64,000 nt of DNA, from contig CAWIMD010000002.1 in the NCBI GenBank assembly GCA_963837165.1, forward strand, positions 1,031,029 through 1,095,028. The letters run 5' to 3'. Of this stretch, positions 19,519-29,425 are shown piece by piece; position 1 is the first letter of the stretch; each line of letters starts with the position of its first letter. The notes under the pieces are model-generated. The model saw nothing but the letters and a program-made list of their open reading frames with translations. It was not told where the DNA came from and searched no databases. This DNA is from Vicinamibacteria bacterium (GTDB lineage Bacteria; Acidobacteriota; Vicinamibacteria; Vicinamibacterales; JAENWD01). Made by a program: the position numbers and the translations under genes.

Positions 19519-20508
19519 TCAGGGCACCGCGGAGGACCTGCAGGTCGGGCGTTCGCCGAGCGGACCCAGCATGCTCAGCTCGGGAGCGTACGTGAGCAAC
19601 AGTGCGATGGAATCGCGCCAGTTGGCGAGGGCCCTCGCGGATTCCTGGGGGTCGATGCCCGAGGCCGGCAGCAGGTGGTCTCCGCCCGTCCGCAGAAGCT
19701 GGATCGCGCGTCCGTAATCGGACACCGCCGCCTCATTGCGCTGCTGCAGTTCTTCCACGATGCCCCGCAGGCGAAATGCGAACGCGCTGCTGGGGTGCAC
19801 GCGCAGCAGATGCTCGATCACCGGCAGCGCCTCGTCGCACCGCAGTTGCGACACGAGGTCGATCGCTTGCCGGCGCAGGTATTCCGCCCGCTCGCGCTGC
19901 GTCTGCGGCTCCAGGATCACGATCGGAAGGCACTCGCGGGTCGTTCCGCGCTGCGGCGCGTCTGGGAACGTCGTGACCGACAAACCGTAGCAGACGCGGT
20001 GTGCCCCGCGCGGCAGCCTGGCCACGGCGCGTCCGAAATCGACCCGCACGCGCACCTCGGCGCCGACGTCCATCTCGATGGCGTCATTCAGCATCGCCGC
20101 GCCGGAGGCATCCGTCACCGTGACCGGTGCCGGCAGTGCCAGGCGCTGCCCGCCATCCTCCAGCCACACGTTGACCCAGCGCCCCTGGGCCAGAGCTGGG
20201 CCAGACCCGGCCCGTTCCACCGCACCGAGTACCTCGATCCACGCCGGGTCGTCCCGAAACAGCGGGCACCCCTTCGCCGTGCCGTCAGCCAGGTAGAGCG
20301 GCGAGCACCCGCCCCACGTGAGGGCGCCCAGCTCCAATTGCGGCAGTCGTAGCTGTCCCGGGTAGAATTCGACGGAGCTGGCGGTACTGACGCGCAAACC
20401 CCACTCCTCGGGGGACGCGGATGAGGCTGGCTGCGCCCCGGCGGGGCGGGGGATCACCCCACCGAGCGAGACGACCAGCAGCAGTCGACAGGCCCAGCGC
20501 ACGCCCAC
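19519..20508 (-). CDS. Hypothetical secreted protein with a TPR-like helical C-terminus
   Basis: N-terminal signal peptide. No family motif recognised. Convergent with the cupin gene, with a 4-nt gap. Confidence 0.45.
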   Translation of the reverse strand: MGVRWACRLLLVVSLGGVIPRPAGAQPASSASPEEWGLRVSTASSVEFYPGQLRLPQLELGALTWGGCSPLYLADGTAKGCPLFRDDPAWIEVLGAVERAGSGPALAQGRWVNVWLEDGGQRLALPAPVTVTDASGAAMLNDAIEMDVGAEVRVRVDFGRAVARLPRGAHRVCYGLSVTTFPDAPQRGTTRECLPIVILEPQTQRERAEYLRRQAIDLVSQLRCDEALPVIEHLLRVHPSSAFAFRLRGIVEELQQRNEAAVSDYGRAIQLLRTGGDHLLPASGIDPQESARALANWRDSIALLLTYAPELSMLGPLGERPTCRSSAVP

Positions 20509-20620
20509 GGGAGATGCAAGAAGGCAGCCCGGCGTTCCGCGTCAGGAGCGCCCATCTCCCTCGCAGGACTGCATCTGGGGCAGACGAATCCGCGTCTCAG
20601 CTCACGAAAACGGTTGCCCG

Positions 20621-20665
20621 GAACCGTGGACATGTGAACCCGTGAACCCGAGAACCCGTGAACCT
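20621..20665 (-). repeat. Family E array (GGTTCACG/GGTTCTCG, about 5 units, read on the minus strand)
   Basis: The minus strand reads TAG ACG AGGTTCACGGGTTCTCGGGTTCACGGGTTCAC..., directly after the sulfite reductase stop. Confidence 0.9.
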
Positions 20666-20668
20666 CGT

Positions 20669-22515
20669 CTACACGCTGCACTCCCCGTCCAGGATCTCCG
20701 GCGTGTACGTGGTCGTCTCGCCCAGGTCGATGAAGTCCTCGGGCGTTGCGGTCTCCTCGGTCAGCGGCTCGAGATCGTGCAGCGTCGCTTTCACGTCGTC
20801 CAGGCCGACGCGCTGGAAGAATGCCGTCGGCACTTCGCCGTCGTGCCGCTTGTCCATGATACAGGCCAATCAGCCGCTCCAGTGCGATCGGATCCCGGCG
20901 CGCCGGGATCTTGGCGGCGAGACGGCCGAACGTGACGCCATCTGCCGTGGCGCCGCCGCCGACCATCACGAAATACTGCGGCACCGCGCGGCCGCCGACC
21001 TTCCGGATGCTGCCCTGGAATCCGACGCCCGCCACATGATGCTGCCCGCAGCCGTTCGGGCATCCGCTCATCTTGACGACGAGGCCCGGCGCCGCGGCCG
21101 CCAGGTCGGGACGCGCCTCGAGCGCGTCGTGGAGCGATCGGCCGAGCCCGCGCGACTGGGTCACCGCCAGGCGGCAGGATTCGGCGCCCGGGCAGCTCGT
21201 CACGTTGGTCGGCAGCCCCGACTCGGCGCGTCCGAGCCCCGCGGCGGCCAGACGTTCGTAGACGGCCTCGACCCGCTTGATGGGAATCCAGCGCAGCACG
21301 AGATCCTGATCGATGGTGACGCGCGCCGTGCCGTCGCCAAACGACTGCGCGACCAGGGCAATCGCGCGGAACTGCTCGGCGGTCAGGTCGCCCAGCGGCA
21401 ACGTCACGGTCACGGCCGCATGGCCCGCCTGCTTCTGCGGACGCACGTTGCGCCGCTGCCATGCCGCGAAATCCGCGTCGACGACGGTCAGCGCCGGCCG
21501 GCGCTCCGGGTGAATCCCGGGCCCGGTCGTCGCCTGACCGAGCACGCGGGCGGCAATCTCCGCGACTGAGGGCGGCGCGGGCCGCTGCCAGTCCGGCGCG
21601 GCCTCCTGCGGCGGGTGCTGGGGATCGAACGGCAGTGCGGGTACGCCTTCGGCCCGCACCTCCTCGAGCTCGCGGCGGTACTCCGCCTCGAACCGGTCCC
21701 ACCCGATCGCCTTGATCAGGAACTTCATCCGGTTCCGCTGCTTGTGCTTGTAGTCGCCGAGCCGGTGGAACACACGAAGCACGGCCTCGGCCGACGCCAG
21801 CATCTCCTCCACGGGCAGGAACGCGTGCAGCTCGCCCGCGCCGCGACACATGGTCGCGGTGCCGCCGCCCGCGATGACGCGGAACCCGCGGACCGAACGG
21901 CCGTCGACGTCCCGTACGCGTCCCTGCCACCCGATGTCGTGGATGGCCGTGAGCGCGTGATCCTCCGCGCATCCCTCGAACGCGATCTTGAACTTGCGCG
22001 GCAGCGAGCCGCTCAGCCGGTGCCGCAGGAAGTAGCGCGTCAGCGCCTCGCTGTACGGCGTCACGTCGAACGCCTCGTCGGCGGCGATGCCGGCCCAGGG
22101 GCACGCGGTGATGTTGCGCACCGAGTTGCCGCACGCCTCTCGCGTCGTCAGGCCGTCCTCGGCCAGCCGTCGCATCGCGGGCTCCACGTCGTGAAGCTTC
22201 ACGAAGTGCATCTGGATGTTCTGGCGCGTGGTGATGTGCGACCAGCCGCGCGAGTACTGCTCCGAGACCTCGGCCAGCGCCTCCATCTGGCGCGCCGTCA
22301 CGAGCCCCTGCGGGATCTTGATGCGCAGCATCTGCGCGTCCTCGGCCTGGCGCTGCCCGTACGTGCCGCGCACGAGCCGGAAGGCCCGCCACTGGTCCGG
22401 GGCTGATCTCGCCGCGCTCGAACTTCCCGAGCGTATCGGCGAACTCGTCGATGTCGGCTTCGCTGGCAAACGACAGCCTGGCGCGGCCGAGCGTCGTCAC
22501 GTCCGTGGTGGCCAT
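20669..22515 (-). pseudogene. Ferredoxin-type sulfite reductase (siroheme/4Fe-4S) interrupted by two 1-nt frame breaks (or assembly indels)
   Basis: The N-terminus MATTDV...FERGEISP (frame of ORF 20791..22515) continues as DQWRAFRLVRGTYGQRQ in the frame of ORF 20454..22469. The break is near 22397-22403. The C-terminus ...IALERLIGLY continues as MDKRHDGEVPTAFFQRV...GECSV in ORF 20669..20869, with the break near 20855-20868. Cluster motifs CPGAESCR and SGCPNGCGQH are present. Confidence 0.8.
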
Positions 22516-22521
22516 GGCAAA

Positions 22522-23298
22522 TTACCCCCGTCCCTCGAATTCCTGTTGGTCGCCGTCGGACACGACCTCGATGACGCCCCCGATGAGCGACGCGAGTGCC
22601 GACGACGGCGCCGATGACGATCGTGCCGGCCAGCTCGCCGTCCACGGGCGCCGCCGCCAGCTCGTCGAGCCGTCCCGACCAGGCGCGGGCGCCCGGATGA
22701 CCGGCGCCGAGCACCACGGCGACAGGCGTCGATGCCGTCCATCCGGCCTGCAGCAGTCGCGCGGCAATCGCAGCCCGCGTGGCCAGCCCCATCATGACCA
22801 CCACGGTGGCGGCCTGCGGCGTCATGCCCGTCCAGCACCGGCTGCCACGCCGTCGTCCGCGTGACCCGACACGATGACGACGGCGGTGGAGAGCGCCACG
22901 ATGGGTGACCGGGATCGCCGAGCAGCGCCGGTGCGGCCAGCGACGCGCTGACGCCCGGGCACGACCTCCACGCTGATCCCAGCCGCTTTCAACGCGAGGG
23001 CCTCTTCCCCGCCGCGCCCGAACAGAAACGGATCCCCGCCCTTCAGGCGCACGACACGCCGGCCGCGCGAGGCCGCGCGAATCATCAGCCGGTTGATCGC
23101 GTCCTGGGTCATCGCGTGCCGCCCGCGCCGCTTGCCGACGTAGAACCGGCGCGCCCGCTTCGCAATCCCGACCACGGCATCCGACACGAGCGCGTCGTAC
23201 AGCACCAGGTCGGCCCGGCGCAGCAGCGCGACCGCGCGCCGCGTCAGCAGCCCGGGGTCTCCCGGTCCCGCACCGACGAGCGCGACCCGTGCGCTCAT
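22522..23298 (-). pseudogene. cobA: Uroporphyrinogen-III C-methyltransferase with at least 5 frame breaks
   Basis: ATG 23298. VALVGAGPGDPGLLT and LKGGDPFLFGRGGEE read in one frame. VSASLAAPALLG, AIPVTHRGAL and STAVVIVSGH then read in three successive frames (22888-22953). The C-terminal TVVVMMGLATRAAIAARL...GTIVIGAVV and the tail to 22522 are in further frames. Confidence 0.75.
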
Positions 23299-23876
23299 GC
23301 GGTCACCTCCTCGGTGCGCGCCGCATACAGCCCGTTGATCGCGGCCAGCAGCAGCGGGCGCCGCTCGTGCATGGGCACGCCGTCGGCACGCCACGTGCGG
23401 CGCAATCGCTCGGCCAGTTGCCTCCACTGGTCGAGGTCGTCCGGCAGCAGCGCCTCGAGGCCCTGCCGCACCAGGCCGGCCAGCGCCGGCGCACGGCCAT
23501 CGGTGGAGATGGCCACGACGACGCCGCTCTTCCGGACGACGCCGCCCAGGTAGGCCGACGCGTTTGCGGGATCGTCCACGGCATTGACGAACAGCCGCCG
23601 CTTCGCCGCTTCCCCGGCTACCTGCCGGTTGACGTCCGGCGACGCCGCCGCCACCACGAACCAGGCCTCGTCGAGATCCGCGGGCACGAACCCCCGTCGC
23701 TCGATCCGGACGCCGGCGTCGACGATCTCGCGCACGACGTCGGGCGCGACGACGACGACCTCGGCGTGCGCGGCGAGCAGCGCGCCAATCTTGGAGGCGG
23801 CCACCGGCCCACCGCCGACGACGGTCACGCGGCGGCCGTCCAGCTTCAGAAATGCCGGGAACAGATCGGTGGCCAT
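23295..23876 (-). CDS. Precorrin-2 dehydrogenase / sirohydrochlorin ferrochelatase (siroheme synthase N-terminal domain type)
   Basis: RVTVVGGGPVAASK Rossmann motif and FVNAVDDP. ATG 23876 shares 1 nt with the sat/cysC stop. The stop overlaps the cobA ATG. Confidence 0.8.
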   Translation of the reverse strand: MATDLFPAFLKLDGRRVTVVGGGPVAASKIGALLAAHAEVVVVAPDVVREIVDAGVRIERRGFVPADLDEAWFVVAAASPDVNRQVAGEAAKRRLFVNAVDDPANASAYLGGVVRKSGVVVAISTDGRAPALAGLVRQGLEALLPDDLDQWRQLAERLRRTWRADGVPMHERRPLLLAAINGLYAARTEEVTA

Positions 23877-25684
23877 CAGCGTCCCAGGGCGGCAACCGAC
23901 GCGCCGCTCGCGGCGAGCGGTGACGCGTCCACCAGGCCGCGGCTGGCGAGCGCCGCGACGATCCGGTCCAGGCTCTCTTCGACCGACTCGCGATCGGTCC
24001 GCACGACCACGTCCGGCCGGTCCGGCGGCTCGTACGGATCCGACACGCCGGTGAAGTTCGCCAGCTCGCCGGCCAGGGCCTTCTTGTAGAGCCCCTTCAC
24101 GTCGCGGGCCGCGAGGGCGTCGATGGCCGCGTCCGCGTGCACCTCCACGAAGGGCACGCCGTCACGATCGGCAGCGGCCCGGATCTCGTCGCGCGTGGCC
24201 GCGTAGGGCGAGATGGCGGCGCCAATCGCCACCGCACCGTTTCGCGCCAGCAGCCGCGCGACGAACCCGATGCGCCGGATGTTCGTGTCGCGATCCTCCT
24301 TCGAGAAGCCCAGCCCCTTCGACAGGTGGGTCCGCACCTCGTCGCCGTCGAGAATCTCGACGGGACGCGACGAGCCGAGCCGCGACCGCAGGGCCTCGGC
24401 CAGGGTGCTCTTGCCCGCGCCGGACAGGCCGGTGAACCACACGATGTACCCGCCGCGGGCGTTCCGTGGCGCGGGTGGGGCCGACGGCGCGGAGCCGGTC
24501 GCAGGGGCCGCTGCCGGCTGCTCGCCGGCAGTCCCGACGTAGTGCGCGCGCAGGATCTCGGCGACCTCCGGCCGCGTGAACTCCGGCGGCAGGTGTCCTC
24601 CGGCGCGGAGGATCTCACGCACTCTGGTGCCCGACAGCTCGAGACGGCTCGCGGCGTCGTGCGGGCAGCTCTTCGTCGACGCCAGCGTGCCGCAGGCCCG
24701 GCAAAAGAAGGTCGGATCGAGCTTCAGCGGCGCGACGCCGAGCTCCTCCGCTGTGAACTGATCGAAAATCCGCTGCGCCGCCAGCGGCTCGTAGTATTTC
24801 CCGACGCCGGCGTGGTCGCGCCCGACGATGAGGTGGGTGATGCCGTAGTTCTTGCGCACGAGCGCGTGGAAGAGCGCCTCGCGCGGGCCGGCGTAGCGCA
24901 TGGCGGCCGGGAAGGCGGCAAGCAGCGTGCGGTCGCGCGGGTAGTACCGCTCGAGCAGGGCCTGGTAGGCCTGAAACCGCACCGCGGCAGGCACGTCGTC
25001 CTGCTTCGTCTCGCCGACGAGCGGGTGAATGACGAGGCCGTCGGTGACCTCGAGCGCGACCTTGGTCAGGTGCTCGTGTGCGCGGTGGATCGGGTTGCGT
25101 GTCTGGAAGCCGGCGACCGTGCGCCAGCCCAGCGCCTCGATCCTCGCGCGGAGCTCGCGCGGCGACAGGCGATAGGCGGCAAACGGCCGATCCTCGCCGA
25201 GCGGCAGGACCTTCACCGGACCGCCCACCAGCCGGGTCGGCCGCGCCAGCAGATAGGCGACCCCGGGATGCGCGGGGTCGTCAGTGCCGTACACGGCACG
25301 CGCCTCGGCCTTCGGGTCTCGCGTGAACACGTCGGTGACCGAGATCACGCCCCACCGGCGGCCCTCGCCGTCGACGAGCGCGCGCTCGTCGCCCGGTGTC
25401 ACAGATTCGCGTTCGTCCACGGCCAGCGTGAACGGCAGCGGCCAGACCGTTCCGTCGGCCAGGCGCATCCGCGTGAGCACCGAGGCATAGTCGGCCTCGC
25501 CAAGAAAGCCGGTCAGCGGGCTCGCGGCGCCGGTTGCGATGAGCTCCAGATCGGCCTGCTCGCGCGCGTCGAGATGGAAGACCGGCAGCGTCGCCGCCAG
25601 CGCGTCGAGGGCGGGCGCCTCGGCGGCAGGAACGATGCGGTCCACCAGCGTGCCGCCATGGGGTCGTACGGTCGAGACGCTCAC
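23876..25684 (-). CDS. Bifunctional sulfate adenylyltransferase / adenylylsulfate kinase
   Basis: ATP sulfurylase motifs [13 protein letters not shown] and GRDHAG. C-terminal APS kinase P-loop [12 protein letters not shown] 25684 overlaps the cysH stop (GTGA). Confidence 0.9.
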   Translation of the reverse strand: MSVSTVRPHGGTLVDRIVPAAEAPALDALAATLPVFHLDAREQADLELIATGAASPLTGFLGEADYASVLTRMRLADGTVWPLPFTLAVDERESVTPGDERALVDGEGRRWGVISVTDVFTRDPKAEARAVYGTDDPAHPGVAYLLARPTRLVGGPVKVLPLGEDRPFAAYRLSPRELRARIEALGWRTVAGFQTRNPIHRAHEHLTKVALEVTDGLVIHPLVGETKQDDVPAAVRFQAYQALLERYYPRDRTLLAAFPAAMRYAGPREALFHALVRKNYGITHLIVGRDHAGVGKYYEPLAAQRIFDQFTAEELGVAPLKLDPTFFCRACGTLASTKSCPHDAASRLELSGTRVREILRAGGHLPPEFTRPEVAEILRAHYVGTAGEQPAAAPATGSAPSAPPAPRNARGGYIVWFTGLSGAGKSTLAEALRSRLGSSRPVEILDGDEVRTHLSKGLGFSKEDRDTNIRRIGFVARLLARNGAVAIGAAISPYAATRDEIRAAADRDGVPFVEVHADAAIDALAARDVKGLYKKALAGELANFTGVSDPYEPPDRPDVVVRTDRESVEESLDRIVAALASRGLVDASPLAASGASVAALGR

Positions 25685-26397
25685 ACTCGCTCTCCTTGTT
25701 CGTGAAGGGTCACGGGCGGCAGGTGCAGCCCGCACTCGCGCTTCTCGTGGCCGCGCCAGCGGCCGGCTCTCGGGTCCTCGCCCTCGGCCACGCGCGTCGT
25801 GCACGGCCAGCAGCCGATGCTGGGGTACCCGTCGTCATGGAGTGGATTGTACGGAATTGCGTTGGCGCGAAGGAACCGCCAGACGTCGCCGCTGGTCCAG
25901 CGGACCAGCGGATTCACCTTCAGCAGGTCGTGCTTCCGGCTCCACTCGACCACCGGTGCGGTCGCGCGTTCGGCCGTCTGGTCGCGCCGGATGGCCGTGA
26001 TCCACGCGTCGGCGCCCTCGAGCGCCCGTCCGAGCGGCTCCACCTTCCTCAGCCCGCAGCAGCGATCGGGGTCGCGCGACCAGAGCGCCGCGCCGTGCAC
26101 GGCGGCCTGCGCGTCCACGGTCTGTCGGGGGCGCACCGCTTCGATGGCGATGCCGTAGCGGTCTTCGAGCCGCCGCGAGAGCGCGTACGTCTCGTCGAAC
26201 AGCAGACCCGTGTCGAGCGTGAAGACGTGAATCGGCAGCCGCGCCGACGCGATGAAATGGACGAGCACGCAGCCCTCGGCGCCAAATCCGGTGCCGAACA
26301 CGACGCGCCCGTGCTCACGCGCCGCCCACGCCAGGATGCGCTCGGCCGGCCACCCCTCCATGCCCGCGGCGAGCTCGCGAATCCCGTCGCGGCTCAC
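25681..26397 (-). CDS. cysH: Phosphoadenosine/adenosine phosphosulfate reductase (Fe-S type Cys pairs)
   Basis: [10 protein letters not shown] and SIGCWPCT motifs. GTG 26397 overlaps the TauE stop (GTGA). Confidence 0.9.
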   Translation of the reverse strand: MSRDGIRELAAGMEGWPAERILAWAAREHGRVVFGTGFGAEGCVLVHFIASARLPIHVFTLDTGLLFDETYALSRRLEDRYGIAIEAVRPRQTVDAQAAVHGAALWSRDPDRCCGLRKVEPLGRALEGADAWITAIRRDQTAERATAPVVEWSRKHDLLKVNPLVRWTSGDVWRFLRANAIPYNPLHDDGYPSIGCWPCTTRVAEGEDPRAGRWRGHEKRECGLHLPPVTLHEQGERV

Positions 26398-27146
26398 CGC
26401 TGCCCTCCGGCCAGCTGCAGGCCCACCGCGACCAGCGTGGCGGCCAGGCATCCGCGCAGCACGCGCTGCGGCATGACCGTCGCCAGGTTGGCCCCGACGA
26501 TCACGCCGGGAACGGCGCCGACGAGCACGTTTGCCGTGAGCGCGAGATCCACGCGGCCGGCCATGTAGTGGCCCAGGCCGGCGACCAGCGAGAGGATCAG
26601 CGCGTGCAGCAGGTCGGTGCCGACCATCGTCGACGCGCCCAGCGGGAACCAGAGCACGAGGGCCGCCATGAGCAGCGACCCGCTGCCGACGCTGGTCATG
26701 GCCAGCAACAGGCCGATCGCGAAGCCGATTCCGGCAGTCGCGGCGCGACTCGGCATCGGCGGGACCGGCCTGACAGGCCGTACGAGGTGAAACACCGTCA
26801 CGACGCCGACCACGATGAGGGTGGCGCCAAGCGCCTGCCGGAGCAGGTGGTCGATGGCGTCTTGCGGAATCAGCGATAACAGGAAGAGCCCCAGGACGAC
26901 GCCCGGCACCGATCCGGCCGCCAGGCGGCGTACCACCGTCCAGTCCACGGCGCCGCGGGCCACGTAGAAGCCGCCCCCGACCATCTTCACGACGGCCGCG
27001 ATGAGCACGTCGGAGCCCACGGCCACGCGCGCAGGCACGCCGAGCACGAGCACGAGCGCCGGCGTCAGGAGCGACGCGCCGCCCGTCGAGGTCAGCCCCA
27101 CGACGAGGCCGACGAACGAGCCGAGGATTGCCGTGGTCAGATCCAC
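26394..27146 (-). CDS. Sulfite exporter TauE/SafE family membrane protein
   Basis: Multi-TM protein with paired TauE-like halves (GLTSTGGASLL..., MTSVGSGSLL...). GTG 27146 is preceded by GAGGAGG. The ORF track start at 27221 is an alternative. Confidence 0.78.
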   Translation of the reverse strand: MDLTTAILGSFVGLVVGLTSTGGASLLTPALVLVLGVPARVAVGSDVLIAAVVKMVGGGFYVARGAVDWTVVRRLAAGSVPGVVLGLFLLSLIPQDAIDHLLRQALGATLIVVGVVTVFHLVRPVRPVPPMPSRAATAGIGFAIGLLLAMTSVGSGSLLMAALVLWFPLGASTMVGTDLLHALILSLVAGLGHYMAGRVDLALTANVLVGAVPGVIVGANLATVMPQRVLRGCLAATLVAVGLQLAGGQR

Positions 27147-27249
27147 GGGGCCTCCTCGGGACGGGCACGCGAGAGGTTCGGGCGGTGCGGCGACGACATC
27201 GGCAATCTCCAGACAGACCATCGGGGCCGCACCGGAATGGGGCGGCCCG

Positions 27250-27288
27250 GAAACGGAAAAGGCCCGGAAGGTTCAAGCCTCCCGGGCC
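27250..27288 (-). terminator. Intrinsic-terminator-like hairpin plus U-tract in the leader of the sulfate-assimilation operon
   Basis: The minus strand reads GGCCCGGGAGG-CTTGAA-CCTTCCGGGCC (10 of 11 bp) followed by TTTTCCGTTT. It lies about 100 nt upstream of the TauE start. Confidence 0.5.
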
Positions 27289-27426
27289 TTCAGGTCGTCT
27301 GCGTGTGCCGGTGTGTCAGCGTGTGGCTGTCCGGCGCGGGCGAAGACCTGCGGCGCGGGGGCCCTTCCGGGCCTCGCGACAACAACAACAGGTCATGCGC
27401 ATCCGCGTGGTCATGGAATCTGGCGT

Positions 27427-27449
27427 GTAGCGCGGCCCTTCAGGGCCGC
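27427..27449 (+). repeat. REP-like element b: GTAG-C-[GCGGCCC TTCA GGGCCGC]
   Basis: Perfect 7-bp stem, TTCA loop and a 5' GTAG. Same architecture as 19052-19074 but with a different stem sequence. Confidence 0.8.
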
Positions 27450-27585
27450 AAAATTCCCCACCAGTAGACGACGGGACGGGGCCGGCTGTCAACCACGGCC
27501 GTGGGGCATGACGGTAATGCGTGGAACAGATGGGAGCCGGGGAATGGGGCGGCGGCTCGCTCGCGATGAGCGGCGGGTCCGTGGT

Positions 27586-28614
27586 ATGAGAGGAACACGG
27601 TGCCCCGCCAGCCATATCGGAGTCCCCGTGCTTCAGCATCTTGCACGCGCGGTCATTGGCGCGAGTGTCATTGGACTGCCCGTCTCCGTGGTGTGCCAGC
27701 AGCCGGTGTTTCGCGGCACGGGCGATGCCGTTCGCGTCTTCGTCACGGTCACGGACCACGACGGCCGGCTCGTCACCACGCTCAGCCGCGATGACTTCGA
27801 GGTCCGCGACGAGGGCAAGCCGCAGCCACTCACGATCTTCGACAACAGGGCTCAGCCGATCCGTCTGATCGTCCTGCTCGACGTCTCGGGGAGCATGGCA
27901 GGCAATCTGCCCCTGCTCCGCGCGGCGGCTGGGCAGCTCGTCGCGCGGCTGGATCCGCTCGATCGCGCGCGCATCGGCAGCTTCGGGCGTGCGGTCACGA
28001 TCGGCCCGGCGTTCACGCGCGACGCCGACGAGCTCGAGCGCGCGCTGCCCGAGACGATCGAGCCCGACGCGCCGACGCCGCTCTGGCGCGCCGTGGACGA
28101 GGCCCTGAAGGCCTTCGACGCCGCCGACCCGGCACGGCGGGTCATTCTGGTGCTGAGTGACGGCAAGGATAGCGGTCCCGTCAGCTTCCGCCAGCGGTGG
28201 GTGAGCCCGGCCGAGATCATCGACAGCGCGCGAAACGCCGATGTGATGATCTACGGCATCGGCATGCGCAGCCGTCCGCTCGAGCCGCGCATGCCGGGGA
28301 TCGGCGCGGCCGGCCTGCAGGCGATGCTGACCGCCGACCTCCCCGATCCGGGCCTGGCGCGCGTGGCGGAGGAGAGCGGCGGCGGATACCTCGAAATCCG
28401 TTTCGGGCAGGATCTGGGCGCCGCCTTCAGTGCGGTGGTCGAGGAGCTGCACGGCCAGTATCTGCTGGGATTCGCGCCGCCGAGACGCGACGGCAAGGTG
28501 CACAAGATCGAGGTGCGCGTGGCCCGTCGCGGAGCCAAGCCGCGCGCGAGGAAGACCTACACCGCGCCCTCGGACAAGGCTGAACCAAGAACGCCGGACT
28601 CCCGATTCCCCTAG
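27586..28614 (+). CDS. VWA domain protein (acidobacterial VWFA-related type)
   Basis: FRGTGDAVRVFVTVTD...FEVRDEGKPQ N-terminal module. MIDAS motif LLDVSGSM. ATG 27586, with an alternative GTG at 27628. Confidence 0.72.
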   Translation: MRGTRCPASHIGVPVLQHLARAVIGASVIGLPVSVVCQQPVFRGTGDAVRVFVTVTDHDGRLVTTLSRDDFEVRDEGKPQPLTIFDNRAQPIRLIVLLDVSGSMAGNLPLLRAAAGQLVARLDPLDRARIGSFGRAVTIGPAFTRDADELERALPETIEPDAPTPLWRAVDEALKAFDAADPARRVILVLSDGKDSGPVSFRQRWVSPAEIIDSARNADVMIYGIGMRSRPLEPRMPGIGAAGLQAMLTADLPDPGLARVAEESGGGYLEIRFGQDLGAAFSAVVEELHGQYLLGFAPPRRDGKVHKIEVRVARRGAKPRARKTYTAPSDKAEPRTPDSRFP

Positions 28615-28639
28615 GCCGACGAGGGTTGACCGGCGGCGT

Positions 28640-29086
28640 CTACGCTTCGATCACGGCCAGTGACTCGGCGGAGGCGCCAAGCACCGCCGCAACCGGAATC
28701 GTCCGGTCGAACGTCGCCAGGCAGCCCTGCCTCGACGTGGCGAGCCCGAGCAGGTAGATATCGGTCACCTGGCGGTGTCCTGCCAGGAACTGCGGCGCGA
28801 ACAGCCGCTCGTCGGCGAGCGACGCGGCGGCAGGCCAGAACTCGTGGTGACCGCTGGCGCAGAACTTCCGCAGCGCTCCCATCAGCACGACGGGCCGCCG
28901 ATCCGTCAGACCGTACGCCGGGTTCGAGAGCACGCGCACGAAGCCGTTCTCCGTGACCGGACACGTGGCCCAGCCGGCCGACCGTGCGTCAGCGAACCAG
29001 TCGTGCGCCAGCTCGTGATGGACGTGGTCCGGGTCGAACAGCGCCACGAGGACGTTCACGTCGAGCAACGCGACGCGGCCGCCCAC
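28640..29086 (-). CDS. vapC: PIN-domain toxin, VapC family
   Basis: LLDVNVLVALFDPDH... with conserved acidic residues of the PIN fold. GTG 29086, 4 nt after the antitoxin stop. Confidence 0.78.
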   Translation of the reverse strand: MGGRVALLDVNVLVALFDPDHVHHELAHDWFADARSAGWATCPVTENGFVRVLSNPAYGLTDRRPVVLMGALRKFCASGHHEFWPAAASLADERLFAPQFLAGHRQVTDIYLLGLATSRQGCLATFDRTIPVAAVLGASAESLAVIEA

Positions 29087-29090
29087 CCGG

Positions 29091-29324
29091 TCACTCCTCG
29101 GCGTCGCGCAGCGCGTTGACCAGCTTCATGGTGGATCGCCGGCCGCCTGCCGGGCGCCGCGGCAGCAGCGGCACACCGTTCCGCGTCCGACCCGCCCGTG
29201 TCGGAGTGGCCAGGCCCTGCCGGGCCAGGTCCGACAGCACCTGGCCGGCGGTCAGGCCGCGAGCCGCCGCGAGCTCCTTGGCGGCCTGCAGGACGTCGTC
29301 GGCGATGTCGAGCGTGGTGCGCAT
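29091..29324 (-). CDS. Type II antitoxin, VapB-like
   Basis: 77-aa ORF MRTTLDIADDVLQAAKELAA..., immediately upstream of the PIN gene. ATG 29324. Confidence 0.65.
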   Translation of the reverse strand: MRTTLDIADDVLQAAKELAAARGLTAGQVLSDLARQGLATPTRAGRTRNGVPLLPRRPAGGRRSTMKLVNALRDAEE

Positions 29325-29333
29325 GTGCGCCGA

Positions 29334-29358
29334 ATCATCACGCATCACGCATCTGATG
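29334..29358. promoter_or_regulatory. Candidate vapBC operator: direct heptamers CATCACG CATCACG within the inverted CATCA...TGATG
   Basis: Read directly. Lies 10-34 nt upstream of the antitoxin ATG. Confidence 0.35.
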
Positions 29359-29425
29359 TCAACGCCTGCGGCAAGGGCCTCGACGCCCGGCTCGTCCGGC
29401 CCTACCATCGATCCAGCAGGGCACC

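Noticed and set aside
27150-27600. A SAM-I, SAM-II or other known riboswitch in the sulfate-operon leader.
   Set aside because: I could not find the conserved core strings of SAM-I or SAM-II by eye. Only generic GC-rich hairpins are present. I kept this as an attenuator-like candidate only, and an Infernal/Rfam scan is needed.
27586-29324. VWA protein plus vapBC as an anti-phage defence island.
   Set aside because: The VWA protein is of the secreted acidobacterial VWFA-related type, and a second, larger paralogue lies at 60878-63067. It is convergent to vapBC rather than co-oriented. No ATPase, nuclease or other defence partners or mobile-element markers are nearby.
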